The notes: generated from the sequence alone by a model not told the origin. A stretch of DNA of 64,000 nt from Gammaproteobacteria bacterium (GCA_022819855.1 JAJEGN010000005.1:347061-411060), one strand, 5' to 3'; counted from the first letter of the stretch, positions 19,198 through 29,562 are shown. Translations and numbers: made by a program.

Positions 19198-20811
19198 ATG
19201 AGCCGAATCGCTCTTTACGACACGACGCTCCGCGACGGGTGCCAGTCCGAGGATGTCGCATTCACCCTCGAGGACAAGCTGCGCATCGCCGAGGAACTCG
19301 ACGCCAGCGGAATCAGCTACATCGAAGGCGGCTGGCCGGGCTCGAACCCGCGCGACCAGGAGTTTTTCCCGGCCGTAAGGGAACTCAATCTCCGTCATGC
19401 GAAGGTGGCGGCTTTCGGTTCGACGCGCAGGGCCGGCACGGCGGTCGAGGACGACCTCAACCTCCGCCAGTTGCTGAAGGCCAAAACGCCCGTCGTCACG
19501 ATCGTCGGCAAGACCTGGGACCTGCACGTGCGCGACGACCTGCGCATCTCCCGGGATGAGAACCTCGACATCATCGGCGAGTCGATCGCCTACCTGAAAC
19601 GGCGCGTCGACGAAGTGTTCTTCGATGCCGAACACTTTTTCGACGGCTACAAGGCCGATGCCGAATACACGCTCAAGTGCCTGAAGGCGGCCGCGGACGC
19701 CGGAGCCGATGTGCTGGTGCTCTGCGACACGCGCGGCGGCAGCATGCCGCACGAGATTCGCGAGGCCGTGCGCGCGGCCGCGGCGCTCGGCGCCACCGCG
19801 CTCGGCATCCATTGCCACAACGACTGTGAACTGGCCGTCGCAAACTCGCTCGCCGCCGTCGAGGCCGGCGCGACGCAGGTGCAAGGCACGATCAACGGTT
19901 TCGGCGAACGCTGCGGCAACGCGAATCTCTGCTCGGTGATCCCGAACCTGCAGCTCAAGCTCGGTCGCGAGTGCGTCAGTCCCGAGCAGTTGAAGCTGTT
20001 GCCGCATGTCTCAGGCGTCGTCTACGAACTTGCCAACATCGAGCCCTTCAAGCGTCAGGCCTACGTCGGCGCGAGCGCCTTCGCGCACAAGGGCGGTCTG
20101 CATGTGGCCGCCGTGCAGAAGAACAGCGAGACCTACGAACACATCGACCCGCAAGTCATCGGCAACACGCAACGCGTGCTCGTCTCGGACCTGTCCGGGC
20201 GCAGCAACGTCATCTACAAGGCCAGGCAGTTCGGGTTCGACATCGATCCCGCCAACCCGGCCGTCAAGACCGTGCTCGACAAGGTCAAGCAACTGGAGAA
20301 TGCCGGCTACCAGTACGAAGGCGCCGATGCCTCGTTCGAGCTGCTGATCCAGGAAGCGCTCGGCGGCGCGCGCGTGCACCATTTCCGCCTGATCAGCTTC
20401 CGGGTCAGCGACGAGAAGCTCAGGGACGGCGAGCCGGCCCTGTCGGAGGCGACCGTCCGGATCGAAGGGCCCGACGGCAGGATCGAGCACACGGTCGCGC
20501 AGGGCAACGGCCCGCTCAATTCGCTCGACCGCGCGCTGCGCAAGGCCCTGACGCCGTTTTACCCCGAACTCAACGAACTGGAGTTGCTCGACTACAAGGT
20601 CAGGGTGCTCGGCGGCAGCGCGGGCACGCAGGCGACCGTCCGCGTGCTCATCGAGTCGGGCGACTCCCGCAGCAAGTGGGGCACGGTCGGCGTCTCGACG
20701 AACGTTCTCGAGGCCAGTTGGCAGGCGCTCGTTGACAGCATCGAGTACAAGCTCTACAAGGACAGGAAGGAACAACGCGACGCAGGCGAACGGGTGTCCG
20801 CGGACGGTTAG
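19198..20811 (+). CDS. cimA: Citramalate synthase (LeuA/CimA family)
   Basis: [72 protein letters not shown]. Confidence 0.9.
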   Translation: MSRIALYDTTLRDGCQSEDVAFTLEDKLRIAEELDASGISYIEGGWPGSNPRDQEFFPAVRELNLRHAKVAAFGSTRRAGTAVEDDLNLRQLLKAKTPVVTIVGKTWDLHVRDDLRISRDENLDIIGESIAYLKRRVDEVFFDAEHFFDGYKADAEYTLKCLKAAADAGADVLVLCDTRGGSMPHEIREAVRAAAALGATALGIHCHNDCELAVANSLAAVEAGATQVQGTINGFGERCGNANLCSVIPNLQLKLGRECVSPEQLKLLPHVSGVVYELANIEPFKRQAYVGASAFAHKGGLHVAAVQKNSETYEHIDPQVIGNTQRVLVSDLSGRSNVIYKARQFGFDIDPANPAVKTVLDKVKQLENAGYQYEGADASFELLIQEALGGARVHHFRLISFRVSDEKLRDGEPALSEATVRIEGPDGRIEHTVAQGNGPLNSLDRALRKALTPFYPELNELELLDYKVRVLGGSAGTQATVRVLIESGDSRSKWGTVGVSTNVLEASWQALVDSIEYKLYKDRKEQRDAGERVSADG

Positions 20812-20882
20812 CCGCCTGCCGCACGGGACCATCCCTGGTGTTAGGATTCAACAGGCGCAAGCTCAATACGGGAAGATCAACG

Positions 20883-21275
20883 ATGAAAACATGGGCAACG
20901 GGATTGGTCGCACTCGGCGCGTTCGTGCTGCTCGGTACCGAACTGCAGGCACATCATGCCGTGGCAAGCGTGTACGACCTCAATACGGAAGTGGTCCTGG
21001 AGGGCCGGCTCACGAAACTGAACTACCGGAATCCGCACGCAAACCTTCTGCTCGAGGTGCCGAACGAGGATGGCAGCACGACGGAGTGGACGCTGACCAC
21101 GGCGTCGACTCAAGTGCTGGGCCGGGCGGGGGTCACGAGGGACTCGATGCAACCGGGGGAGATTTTCAGGATCACCATACTACCGGCGCGAAACGGCAAC
21201 CCCGCAGGTTTCATCCGTACGCTCGAACTCGGCGACCGCGCGGTCGAACTGTTCTTCCGCGACCGCCCGAACTAG
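20883..21275 (+). CDS. Stand-alone DUF6152 protein
   Basis: Signal peptide LQA|HHA, YRNPH, PARNG motif; 130 aa. Confidence 0.8.
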   Translation: MKTWATGLVALGAFVLLGTELQAHHAVASVYDLNTEVVLEGRLTKLNYRNPHANLLLEVPNEDGSTTEWTLTTASTQVLGRAGVTRDSMQPGEIFRITILPARNGNPAGFIRTLELGDRAVELFFRDRPN

Positions 21276-21351
21276 CAGTCCGGGAACAATTCAGCGCCGC
21301 GGCGCAGGGCTTCTGCCACGCGCCGCGGGCGCTTACATCAGGGGGATCTCG

Positions 21352-22281
21352 ATGTCGTTGCGACGCTCAATCATCACATCTGCGCTCGCCATCGCCGTTG
21401 CGACGAGCTTCGCGCTGCCGGCCGCCGCGCAGTTCTTCGGCCAGCCGCCGCCGTACACGCCCGAGCCCGGCGCCAGGGACCTCAAGGCGACCCTCTTCAA
21501 TTGGGCCTGGCACATGGGGATGCTCAGGGGCCAGGCGGAGCCCGAACTCGTTGCCACGCTCGAGTACCAGGCCGAGGGCACCGTACAGATCGACGGGCAG
21601 GCCTGCGCGCTGACCGGCTATCGCATCAGCGCCAACTACCGGATTCCGGGCTACCGCACGCAGATCGACTGCACGCTGCCGGACGGCCAGTCGCACTCCA
21701 ACATAGAAACGATCAGCGGGACCTATTCCTGGGACGAGGACATTCCCGGCGCCGAACTCGTCCCGGGCGAGGGCGCCGCCACCCCGCGGCCTGCCGCGCT
21801 CGAGGAGCGGCTGATCCGCCTGTGGGCGAGTCCCCACGGCGCGCCCAAGGCCGCCATCGCGGCCGCGGCGGGCGTGCCGGCATCGCAGTCGTTCGCCTGG
21901 AACCCGGCGGAGTTGCTCGACGAGCGAGCCGCCGCGGGCGTGGAACCGATGACGACGCTCGAGTGGCAGGGCGACCGGGCCGTGCTCACGTTTCCGCTTC
22001 CCGGCATCGCCGGAGCCACGGCGACCGCCACGCTTGACGAGACCTTCCTGCCGGAAAGCGTCGTCGTGACACACGCAGATAACACGACGGAGTTCCTCTA
22101 CGGGGATTTCCAGGATTTCAACAACCCGCTGCACCGTATCGAAGCCCTGTACGCCGGCACGATCGTCGAGCGCCAGAACGGCGAGGTCGTGCGCGAACTG
22201 CAGACGACGCTGACCGAGGTGGGCCAGGTGTACGTGGTCGTGCCCGTTCCGGACAGCGTCCGGGCGGCGGCCGGGAACTGA
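21352..22281 (+). CDS. Secreted hypothetical protein
   Basis: Signal peptide (AAA|QFF); GGGGA SD; no family recognised. Confidence 0.7.
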   Translation: MSLRRSIITSALAIAVATSFALPAAAQFFGQPPPYTPEPGARDLKATLFNWAWHMGMLRGQAEPELVATLEYQAEGTVQIDGQACALTGYRISANYRIPGYRTQIDCTLPDGQSHSNIETISGTYSWDEDIPGAELVPGEGAATPRPAALEERLIRLWASPHGAPKAAIAAAAGVPASQSFAWNPAELLDERAAAGVEPMTTLEWQGDRAVLTFPLPGIAGATATATLDETFLPESVVVTHADNTTEFLYGDFQDFNNPLHRIEALYAGTIVERQNGEVVRELQTTLTEVGQVYVVVPVPDSVRAAAGN

Positions 22282-22414
22282 CGGAGTTCGGACCACGACG
22301 AAAATCGGGCGAATCGGAACGCTGTGTCCGGCGACGCCTGTCACGAACTGACGGAGTTCGGATCATGAAGACTACGAAACGAATCGGGACACAGAGTCCG
22401 GCAACGGCTGCGAT
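22275..22414 (+). repeat. Degenerate 70-bp tandem duplication
   Basis: An exact 18-mer GAACTGACGGAGTTCGGA occurs at 22275 and 22345, and the remaining 52 nt align without gaps. Confidence 0.8.
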
Positions 22415-23315
22415 GGGCTCTGGACCGGAATTCTCTACGGCATCGCGCCGGAGGCCTGGAGCAGCGGTCCCGGTGATCGCGGCGATGTTCCTCTGTGTCG
22501 TCGCGACTTCGGCGCAGGCGCAGTTCGGCGGCGGCGGACCCGACCCGGACGCGGCCCTCGCGGAGACGCCAAGGCTCGCCAACGGCAAGCCCGACCTGTC
22601 GGGTTCCTGGCGAGGTGTCGGCGGCGGCCCCCAACGCGTCGCGGGCGGCATGTTCCGGCGCTGCAGCCCGTTCCAGGACAACTGCATGGAGTGGACGAAT
22701 CAGAGCGCCGATTTCGTGTTCATGGCCTCGTCGCGGCTCGACATGAATCAACCGCTGTACAAGCCCGAGCACTGGGACCGGGTTCAGGAACTGGATCAGT
22801 GGACGAATCTCTACGATCCGGTCATGACCTGCCTGCCTCTCGGACTGCCGCGCCACGGACCGCCCGCGCGCATATTCCACACCGACAGCGACATCACGAT
22901 GCTGTACCGGGGCGGCCTCGACGGCGGCGGGGGCTACGCCGAGTTTCGCATGATCGGGTTCGACAGGACCGAGCACGAGCCCGAAGACATCTACGCCTAC
23001 AGGTACTACGGCGTTCCGGTCGCAAGCTGGGACGGCGACACGCTCGTGCTGGAATCGATCGGGTTCACCGACGAGACCTGGTTCGGGCGCGGCGGCTTCT
23101 TCCATTCCGACCAGATGCGGCTCATCGAGCGGTTCACGAGGACAGGCAACGAGCTGCTCTACGAAGTGACCGTGGACGACCCGGAGGTGCTCGTGGAGCC
23201 CTGGGTCATGCATCCGCGGATTCTGCAGACAACGAACAACCCGACGATCATCGCCGAGCGCGGTTCGTGCACGGAGACCGAGCTGGATCAGGTCACGACG
23301 CAGATCAGGCACTAG
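22365..23315 (+). CDS. Secreted protein homologous to the C-terminal domain of the 961 and 2864 proteins
   Basis: TPRLANGKPDLSGSW, DPVMTCLPLG, GVPVASWDGDTLVLES, LIERFTR. Confidence 0.72.
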   Translation: MKTTKRIGTQSPATAAMGSGPEFSTASRRRPGAAVPVIAAMFLCVVATSAQAQFGGGGPDPDAALAETPRLANGKPDLSGSWRGVGGGPQRVAGGMFRRCSPFQDNCMEWTNQSADFVFMASSRLDMNQPLYKPEHWDRVQELDQWTNLYDPVMTCLPLGLPRHGPPARIFHTDSDITMLYRGGLDGGGGYAEFRMIGFDRTEHEPEDIYAYRYYGVPVASWDGDTLVLESIGFTDETWFGRGGFFHSDQMRLIERFTRTGNELLYEVTVDDPEVLVEPWVMHPRILQTTNNPTIIAERGSCTETELDQVTTQIRH

Positions 23316-23431
23316 CCCGCGACCGAACCGCGCGCCGTACCGAGGGCGGTGCGGCCGTGCGATCAAGTCGGGCGAGAATACCGGCGGCCTGTGCTCATTG
23401 ATCCAGCGGAACTCGCTGGAGGAGTTGAGCC

Positions 23432-24427
23432 TTGTCCAAGCAGTCGCCAGCCGAGCCAGGAAACGCGACACGGCAGGGAATCGTGCAGGCCGACGCCGTC
23501 TGGCGCGCGTTGCTCGAGGCCGCTCGGCAGACACGGGGGGAAGACGGTCCCGCTCCACGCGCGACGCCGGAAAAGCGTGCCGCGACGGCGGACCGTGGGC
23601 CGCTCGGCGACGCCGACGAAGGGTTGCTCGTCAGGGACTCGGGCGGCCGTTGGGTGCGTGGACCCGAGGTTCCCGCCGAGACGGCAGCTCTGCTCGATCT
23701 TTATCTGCCCGTGTGCAACGCTCGGGAAGGATCGCCGCTGACCGTCGGCCATCTCGGCCAAAGCCTCGACGGCTACATCGCCACCGACTCGGGCGATTCG
23801 ACCTACGTGACGGGTCCGGCCAACATACTGCACCTGCACCGGATGCGGGCGCTGTCCGACGCCATCGTCGTCGGTGCGGGCACGATCGCCTGCGACGATC
23901 CGCAGCTCACGACGCGGCTGGCCGAAGGGCCGAACCCGCTTCGAGTCGTGCTCGATCCCTCGCGTCGGCTCCATTCACGCCACGGTGTCTTTTCCGACGG
24001 CGCGGCGGAGACGATCGTGGTCTGCGACGAGCGCCGGACAGCCAGGGGAAAGGAATCGCACGGTCTCGCCGAGGTCGTCGGCGTGCCGGCCGACGACGGC
24101 CGGCTGGACCTTGAAGCCGCGCTCGGGCGGCTCGCCGAGCGCGGTCTGGCCGCGGTGTTCGTCGAGGGCGGCGGCGCGACGGTATCGCGGTTTCTCGAGG
24201 CCGGCCTGCTCGACCGCCTGCAGATCGCGATCGCCCCACTCGTCACCGGGTCCGGAACGGCCGGGCTCCGCGTGCCGGGGCGCGACCGGATCGCCGAATG
24301 CCTGAGGCCGCCGCATCGGGTATTCTCGATGGGTGAAGACGTACTCTTCGACTGTGACTTGCATGCCGGCGGCTCGCCGGTGCGCGGCGACGGACGCGAG
24401 CAGACGCGGCTCAGGCGCATCATCTGA
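23432..24427 (+). CDS. RibD C-terminal-type reductase with N-terminal extension
   Basis: GQSLDGYIAT, LRALSDAIVVGAGT-like (MRALSDAIVVGAGTI), DDPQLTTR, PLRVVLD, VFVEGGG; no deaminase domain. Confidence 0.88.
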   Translation: MSKQSPAEPGNATRQGIVQADAVWRALLEAARQTRGEDGPAPRATPEKRAATADRGPLGDADEGLLVRDSGGRWVRGPEVPAETAALLDLYLPVCNAREGSPLTVGHLGQSLDGYIATDSGDSTYVTGPANILHLHRMRALSDAIVVGAGTIACDDPQLTTRLAEGPNPLRVVLDPSRRLHSRHGVFSDGAAETIVVCDERRTARGKESHGLAEVVGVPADDGRLDLEAALGRLAERGLAAVFVEGGGATVSRFLEAGLLDRLQIAIAPLVTGSGTAGLRVPGRDRIAECLRPPHRVFSMGEDVLFDCDLHAGGSPVRGDGREQTRLRRII

Positions 24428-24437
24428 ACGGCTCCCA

Positions 24438-25844
24438 ATGATCTCGTACGAAGCAGGCCGAAAGCTGACTACCGTGATTGGCGCGGTTCTTCTCACCGTA
24501 GTCTTTGCGCCGAACAGTACGTTTTCGCAACCGGGCGTCATGACCGCGGCCGACAGGCAGCGGCAGCTCGTCGAAACGATTCAGGAGGAAGAATCCGGGA
24601 ATGGGCCGATGGCGGAGGGGCTGATCGGTCCATTGACGGCCCTGGCGATGCTGTTTCACGAGGAGGGCGATCAACTTCAGGCGGCGGCGACCATCGAGCG
24701 CGTACTGCACCTGATGCGTGTCAACTACGGCCTCCATACCCTGGAGCAGGCACCCCTGATCCAACAACTGATCGAGCAGGAAGAAGCGTGGGGGCGTGCA
24801 GCGGTCGCGTGGGAACTCGAGCAGGAGCTCCTGACTCTGGCAAGACGGCATCCCGACGACCTGCGAACGGTCCCCATTTTTCGGGAAGCGGCCGGGAGAC
24901 GAAGTGATTGGCTCGATCGATATCTGGGCGGCGAGTCACCACCGCAGATCGAGCTTGGTTGTTACTACGACTGGCCGGGAATCAGACCTGGAGGGGTCGC
25001 TGGCCCGGGGCAGGAGATGTTCAGGTGTAATTCCGGGAGCCGTGGCGATGTTCAGATCGCCCTCACCGCGGATGCACAGAAGCATTTTGCCGAAGCTGTT
25101 GCCGTCCTGCTCCGCAACGACGCGACTCAGGGAGAAGCTCTGCGCGAGCTGGACATGGAACTCGTCCGGAGCGCGCATCGCAACTCCGGGGACCCCTTTC
25201 TTCGCCGAGTCGGCGTCATGTTCGAGCCGTGGCGAAGTTGGGCCGTTGCGTTGCTCGGAATCGCCAACTGGGATCCCGCGGATACCGACAGACATGAGCG
25301 GTTGGCGCAGAACGCCACGGGGACGCAGATCAAGTACCCGACGCAATATGGCGTCGGCAGATCAGCCCTGCAGCGCATTTACGCTCGGGAAGTCGCGACC
25401 GGCTCATGGCAAACCCAAGGCGACGCGCTGCTTCAGATCGCCGACTGGGACCTGATACACGAACGTTACGCGATCGCGCTTTCGGAGTACGAGCTGTTGT
25501 ACGAAAAGCTGACAGAACTGGGCGCCGCGAAATCCTCGATCGACGGGATCTTCTCGCCCGCGACGCCGGCTGTACTTCCCTCGTTCATGCCCAACGCGCT
25601 GATATCGCATGAAACGGAGGAATCCGGTGGATATGTCGATGTGGCCTTCGAGATCACCCGGTTCGGAACGAGCAGGAGAATCGAGATCCTGGATTCGTCA
25701 CCCGGCGTCAGCGAACAGGCTCAGGACCGGCTAGTCGATCTGATCCGGAGCAGTCAGTTTCGCCCGAGAACCACGGACGGCCGGTTTCGACGCAGCACCC
25801 GCGTCGTCACGCGTTACTATCCGGCTGACGTGAACTGGCCATGA
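24438..25844 (+). CDS. Secreted/periplasmic helical protein with C-terminal TonB-C-like domain
   Basis: N-terminal signal; TPR-like helices; C-terminal GYVDVAFEITRFG...RIEIL...QFRPR. Confidence 0.6.
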   Translation: MISYEAGRKLTTVIGAVLLTVVFAPNSTFSQPGVMTAADRQRQLVETIQEEESGNGPMAEGLIGPLTALAMLFHEEGDQLQAAATIERVLHLMRVNYGLHTLEQAPLIQQLIEQEEAWGRAAVAWELEQELLTLARRHPDDLRTVPIFREAAGRRSDWLDRYLGGESPPQIELGCYYDWPGIRPGGVAGPGQEMFRCNSGSRGDVQIALTADAQKHFAEAVAVLLRNDATQGEALRELDMELVRSAHRNSGDPFLRRVGVMFEPWRSWAVALLGIANWDPADTDRHERLAQNATGTQIKYPTQYGVGRSALQRIYAREVATGSWQTQGDALLQIADWDLIHERYAIALSEYELLYEKLTELGAAKSSIDGIFSPATPAVLPSFMPNALISHETEESGGYVDVAFEITRFGTSRRIEILDSSPGVSEQAQDRLVDLIRSSQFRPRTTDGRFRRSTRVVTRYYPADVNWP

Positions 25845-25925
25845 CTGCGATACGCGTCCAGGGATCGGCCGCACCTCGAATCAACAAAACCCTGAGATCG
25901 GGACCGTAAAGCCGGTGCGTTCCGC

Positions 25926-26798
25926 TCAGAGGGCAGCCGGCCAGGCCAGCAGATCCTCGTGGCCGACGAGGAACTCGGTGCCTGGGTTATCCAGCGCTCG
26001 GCTGCGTCTGTTGTGCCACAGCTCGAGCGCGCCGTGGTCGGCTCCCTCCAGCGTTGCGGCGGCCCTTGACCAGCCGTCGAGCAGCATTGCCCGGAGCTCT
26101 TGGTCGTCCGAACCAAGACGCCAGTCGCTTGGTTCGCGAACGACCTGGTAGCCGCACTCGGCCAAGGTTTTCGCTGCGGTGTCCGGCGCGGTGGGGCCGA
26201 GTGCCGGCCCGAAGCCCTTGTCGGTGCGCTGGTGGCGGTTGACAAGCATGCGGACCTGCGCGTCGCCTGCATCCGCGGGTTGAATGTGCATCCGGCCGTC
26301 ATAGGTCAGCGCGAACAGGACGGTGGCCGTTGAGTCGCGGCAGCGAGCGGCGACGCGGCGCAACCATGACTCGGACACGAGATCGAGCAAGGCCGAGCCT
26401 GTGACGAGCGCCGATTCGGGCCAGGCGAGTTCCGCAAGATCCGCGGCGAGGTTCATCGTGACGAGGCGCACGCGGCTTTCGAAGGACTTTCCGGCCAGGG
26501 CGAAGCCGTTCTCCGTCTCGGAGTATGCAGCGCCCAGGCTCTCGGCCCAGGCTCGGGTCAGGTTGCCGGCGGCGGCGAGCAGCCGGGGATCGTCGTCGAC
26601 GAGCTGCCAGTGCTGGAGGCCGCCGAGCCGCGGGGCGAGATAGCGAAAGTTCGCGCCCGTGCCGGCGCCGAGATCGACGGCCGCCAGCGCCTCGTGAGGA
26701 ACGAGCCGTTCGCGCAGCGAATCCACGAGCGAGGCGGCCCGCGACCTGGCATCGACGGGCTCCCGTGCAGCCAACCATTTCGGCGTGAAGCTGCTCAT
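25926..26798 (-). CDS. Class I SAM-dependent methyltransferase
   Basis: VDLGAGTGAN motif I, LVTGSALLDLVS. Confidence 0.85.
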   Translation of the reverse strand: MSSFTPKWLAAREPVDARSRAASLVDSLRERLVPHEALAAVDLGAGTGANFRYLAPRLGGLQHWQLVDDDPRLLAAAGNLTRAWAESLGAAYSETENGFALAGKSFESRVRLVTMNLAADLAELAWPESALVTGSALLDLVSESWLRRVAARCRDSTATVLFALTYDGRMHIQPADAGDAQVRMLVNRHQRTDKGFGPALGPTAPDTAAKTLAECGYQVVREPSDWRLGSDDQELRAMLLDGWSRAAATLEGADHGALELWHNRRSRALDNPGTEFLVGHEDLLAWPAAL

Positions 26799-26883
26799 GT
26801 TCGAGTGAGCCTCACGAAAGCGGTAGCCCTTGACCGCACGTCAACCGGTTCCCTTGCGGTCGGCGTATTGGGCGCGAAGCCGC

Positions 26884-27936
26884 TCACGTCGCGCTAACTC
26901 TCGCGAGCGCTGCGGCGAATCGCTCGACCGTGCGGTCCCAACCCGGCAGGGCTGTGCGTGCCGCCAGTGCGGCTTCCGTCAGCCCGGCGAGCGTGCCGGG
27001 CTCGTCCATGACGCTCGCGAGCGCCCGCACCAGCACCGCGCTGTCGTTCGGCGGAACGAGGATGCCCGCTCCGGGCGTGACTGTGTCGGGTATCGCACCC
27101 GCCTCGGTCGCGATGATCGGGATGCCGCGGGCCAGGGCTTCGGTCAGGACCATGCCGTAGCCCTCGAGCGCGGATGCGAGCACGAACAGGTCGCAGTTCG
27201 CGTATTGCTCCCCGAGATCGCCGGGGGCGAGTTCGCCGGCCAGGACAATCCGCTCGCCGAGGCCAAGCCGCTCGATCTGCACACGGAGCTTCGCGGTCAG
27301 CGCCGGATTCCTGGTCAGGCTGCCGACGCACACGAGCCGCCAGTCCCTGTCGGCCAACTGCCCAAGCGCGTCAAAGAGGACCGCGTGGCCCTTGCGGGCC
27401 GTCAGCGACCCGACGCATAGCAGGCGCAGCGTCTCGCTGCTCGACGGGCGCCGCGGCGGTGCGCGGTCGACCCCGGGTTCCACGACGGTGATCCGGTCCG
27501 CGCCGACGCCGTAGTCGGCCAGGGCGCACCGCGTCCACCGGCTCGTGACGATGACGTGATGCACGGCCGCGAGCGACTCCGTTTCCGCACGTTTCAGGGC
27601 GGTGGCTGCCGATTCGTCGAGGCCGGTTTCGAGCGCGAGCGGGTGGTGCACGAGTGCGCACAGGCTCAGACGCCGTGCCGCCGCGCGCAGGATCGAGGCA
27701 CTGCCGCCGAGCGCCAGGCCGTCGATGACGACGAGCCGGCCGCTCGGGATCGCCGCGAGCACGTGGCCGGCCTCGCGCAAGGCGCTCCGGGTCGGCGTCG
27801 GAAAGCTCGTGTCGAGCGGATGGACGGTCGTCGTCCAGCCCCGTGTTTTTAGTCCCTCGACGACGCGGCGGTCATAGATGTAGCCGCCGGTCAGCGTCTC
27901 GATATCGCCCGGGACGATGAAGTCGACGGAGGTCAC
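26884..27936 (-). CDS. Glycosyltransferase family 4 (GT-B)
   Basis: TGGYIYDRRV, LCVGSLTARKG, LEGYGMVLTEALARGIP; GTG start at 27936. Confidence 0.92.
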   Translation of the reverse strand: MTSVDFIVPGDIETLTGGYIYDRRVVEGLKTRGWTTTVHPLDTSFPTPTRSALREAGHVLAAIPSGRLVVIDGLALGGSASILRAAARRLSLCALVHHPLALETGLDESAATALKRAETESLAAVHHVIVTSRWTRCALADYGVGADRITVVEPGVDRAPPRRPSSSETLRLLCVGSLTARKGHAVLFDALGQLADRDWRLVCVGSLTRNPALTAKLRVQIERLGLGERIVLAGELAPGDLGEQYANCDLFVLASALEGYGMVLTEALARGIPIIATEAGAIPDTVTPGAGILVPPNDSAVLVRALASVMDEPGTLAGLTEAALAARTALPGWDRTVERFAAALARVSAT

Positions 27937-27953
27937 GCGATCGCGGTCGGCCG

Positions 27954-28358
27954 CTAGACCTGAATCGCGCTTTCGTAGGCAGCCCACGCAACGTGCGATT
28001 CGTGCAGCGTCACCCGCATCGAAGCGATCTGCCCGGCGTTCTCCCCGAGCGCGCCGCTTGCGATGCGGTCGCGGAACCTCGCGAAGATCACGGCAGCGAG
28101 GAACTCCGTCGTCGTGTTTTGGCCTTCGAACGCTTCCTCGTCGTCGAGATTGCGAAAATTGAGTTCGGCGAGAATCTCCTTGAGGGTCTCGCTCGCGAGC
28201 CCGATATCAACGACGATGCCGTCCGGGTCGAGTTCGGGGCGCCGGAACTCGACATCGACCACGTAGGTCGCGCCGTGAAGTTTCTGCGCCGGGCCGAACA
28301 CCTTGCCTTCGAAGCTGTGGGCGATCATGAAGTGATCGCGGACCGAGACGCTGTACAT
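27954..28358 (-). CDS. QueD/PTPS-family T-fold protein (COG0720, PTPS-IV-like variant)
   Basis: AHSF...[29 protein letters not shown]. Confidence 0.88.
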   Translation of the reverse strand: MYSVSVRDHFMIAHSFEGKVFGPAQKLHGATYVVDVEFRRPELDPDGIVVDIGLASETLKEILAELNFRNLDDEEAFEGQNTTTEFLAAVIFARFRDRIASGALGENAGQIASMRVTLHESHVAWAAYESAIQV

Positions 28359-28367
28359 GGCGCTACC

Positions 28368-29351
28368 TCACCCGTAGACGATGCGATGGCAGAGCGCGCC
28401 GCCGGGTTTCGCGGACAAGCGCTCCAGTACCCGGGGCAGATCGTCGAAGCTGTCCTCGCCCGTGATCAACGCGTCGAGCGTCGGATCGTCCAGCAGCTCG
28501 AAGACCAGATCCATCTGCCGCTTGCCGGACCAGCGGCCGCGTTGCGCGGGCGCGATCGCTCCGACCTGCGACGACTTGAGCGTCAGCCGCCGGCTGTGGA
28601 AACGTTCGCCGAGCATGAGGGTGGCGGGGCGATCGCCGTACCAACTCAATTCGACGATCGTTGCCTCGAAGCCCGCAATGTCGAGCGCCGTCGAGAGACC
28701 TTTCGGATTACCGCTCGCGTGGACGACGAGATCCGCACCCGGTTGCGCGTTCGCCGGAGATCGAAACTCCACCCCGAGACTCGCGGCGACCGTCGCCCTG
28801 GCCGGATCGGTGTCGACGAGTTGGACGCGGCAGCCGCAGATGTGTGCGGCGAGCCAGGCGACGAGGCAGCCGACCGTCCCTGCGCCGATCACGCAGATTC
28901 GGTCGCCGATCCTGGGCGTCGCGTCCCAGAGTCCGTTGACGGCTGTTTGCAGGTTGGCTGCAAGAACGGCGCGCCCCGGAGGCAGTCCCTCGGGCAGTAC
29001 GTGAACTGCGTCGGCCGGCACAACATAACGCGTCTGATGAGGGTAGAGACAGAACACGCTACGCCCGACGAGCGCTTCGGGACCCTCGGCCACGGTTCCG
29101 ACGTTCGCGTAGCCGTACTTGACCGGTGCGGGAAAATCGCCCTCCTGGAATGGCGCGCGCATGCGGGCGTATTCTCCGCGGGGCACACGGCCGTTGAAAA
29201 CCAATGCCTCGGTACCGCGGCTGATTCCGCTGTGGAGCGTGTCGACGGTGACATCGCCGGGCTTCGGGTCGGGGAGGACCTCCCCGCGAATCTCGCCTTT
29301 TCCTGGCGCCGTGACCCAGAACGCACGCGCGTCGTCGCAGGTCTTGGGCAT
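28368..29351 (-). CDS. MDR-family (Zn-binding) dehydrogenase-like protein
   Basis: SGISRGTE, PVKYGY, FCLYPHQ, VIGAGTVG Rossmann motif, ELSWYG. Confidence 0.88.
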   Translation of the reverse strand: MPKTCDDARAFWVTAPGKGEIRGEVLPDPKPGDVTVDTLHSGISRGTEALVFNGRVPRGEYARMRAPFQEGDFPAPVKYGYANVGTVAEGPEALVGRSVFCLYPHQTRYVVPADAVHVLPEGLPPGRAVLAANLQTAVNGLWDATPRIGDRICVIGAGTVGCLVAWLAAHICGCRVQLVDTDPARATVAASLGVEFRSPANAQPGADLVVHASGNPKGLSTALDIAGFEATIVELSWYGDRPATLMLGERFHSRRLTLKSSQVGAIAPAQRGRWSGKRQMDLVFELLDDPTLDALITGEDSFDDLPRVLERLSAKPGGALCHRIVYG

Positions 29352-29452
29352 ACGGAATCATCGGCTGGCGGCGGTTGCGGCCATACTTGCAGGACGATGT
29401 TTGACATGCAAGCCTGCCGGGATGCGTAGCGGTCATCAGCCGTCTTCCGCGC

Positions 29453-29530
29453 GGCGGTCTTCTGCCCCATCAGGCCTTGCGAGGCGGTCTTCCGCCCAAT
29501 CAGGCCTTGCGAGGCGGTCTTCCGCCCCAT
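29453..29530 (+). repeat. 30-bp tandem repeat (2.6 copies) in a divergent intergenic region
   Basis: GGCGGTCTTC(T/C)GCCC(C/A)ATCAGGCCTTGCGA at 29453 and 29483, partial copy at 29513. Confidence 0.9.
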
Positions 29531-29562
29531 GTGGCGCGGTTCCGAATGCGAGCTGACAGGCC

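Noticed and set aside
29453-29530. Possible mini-CRISPR
   Set aside because: The units are directly adjacent with no unique spacers, and no cas genes are present.
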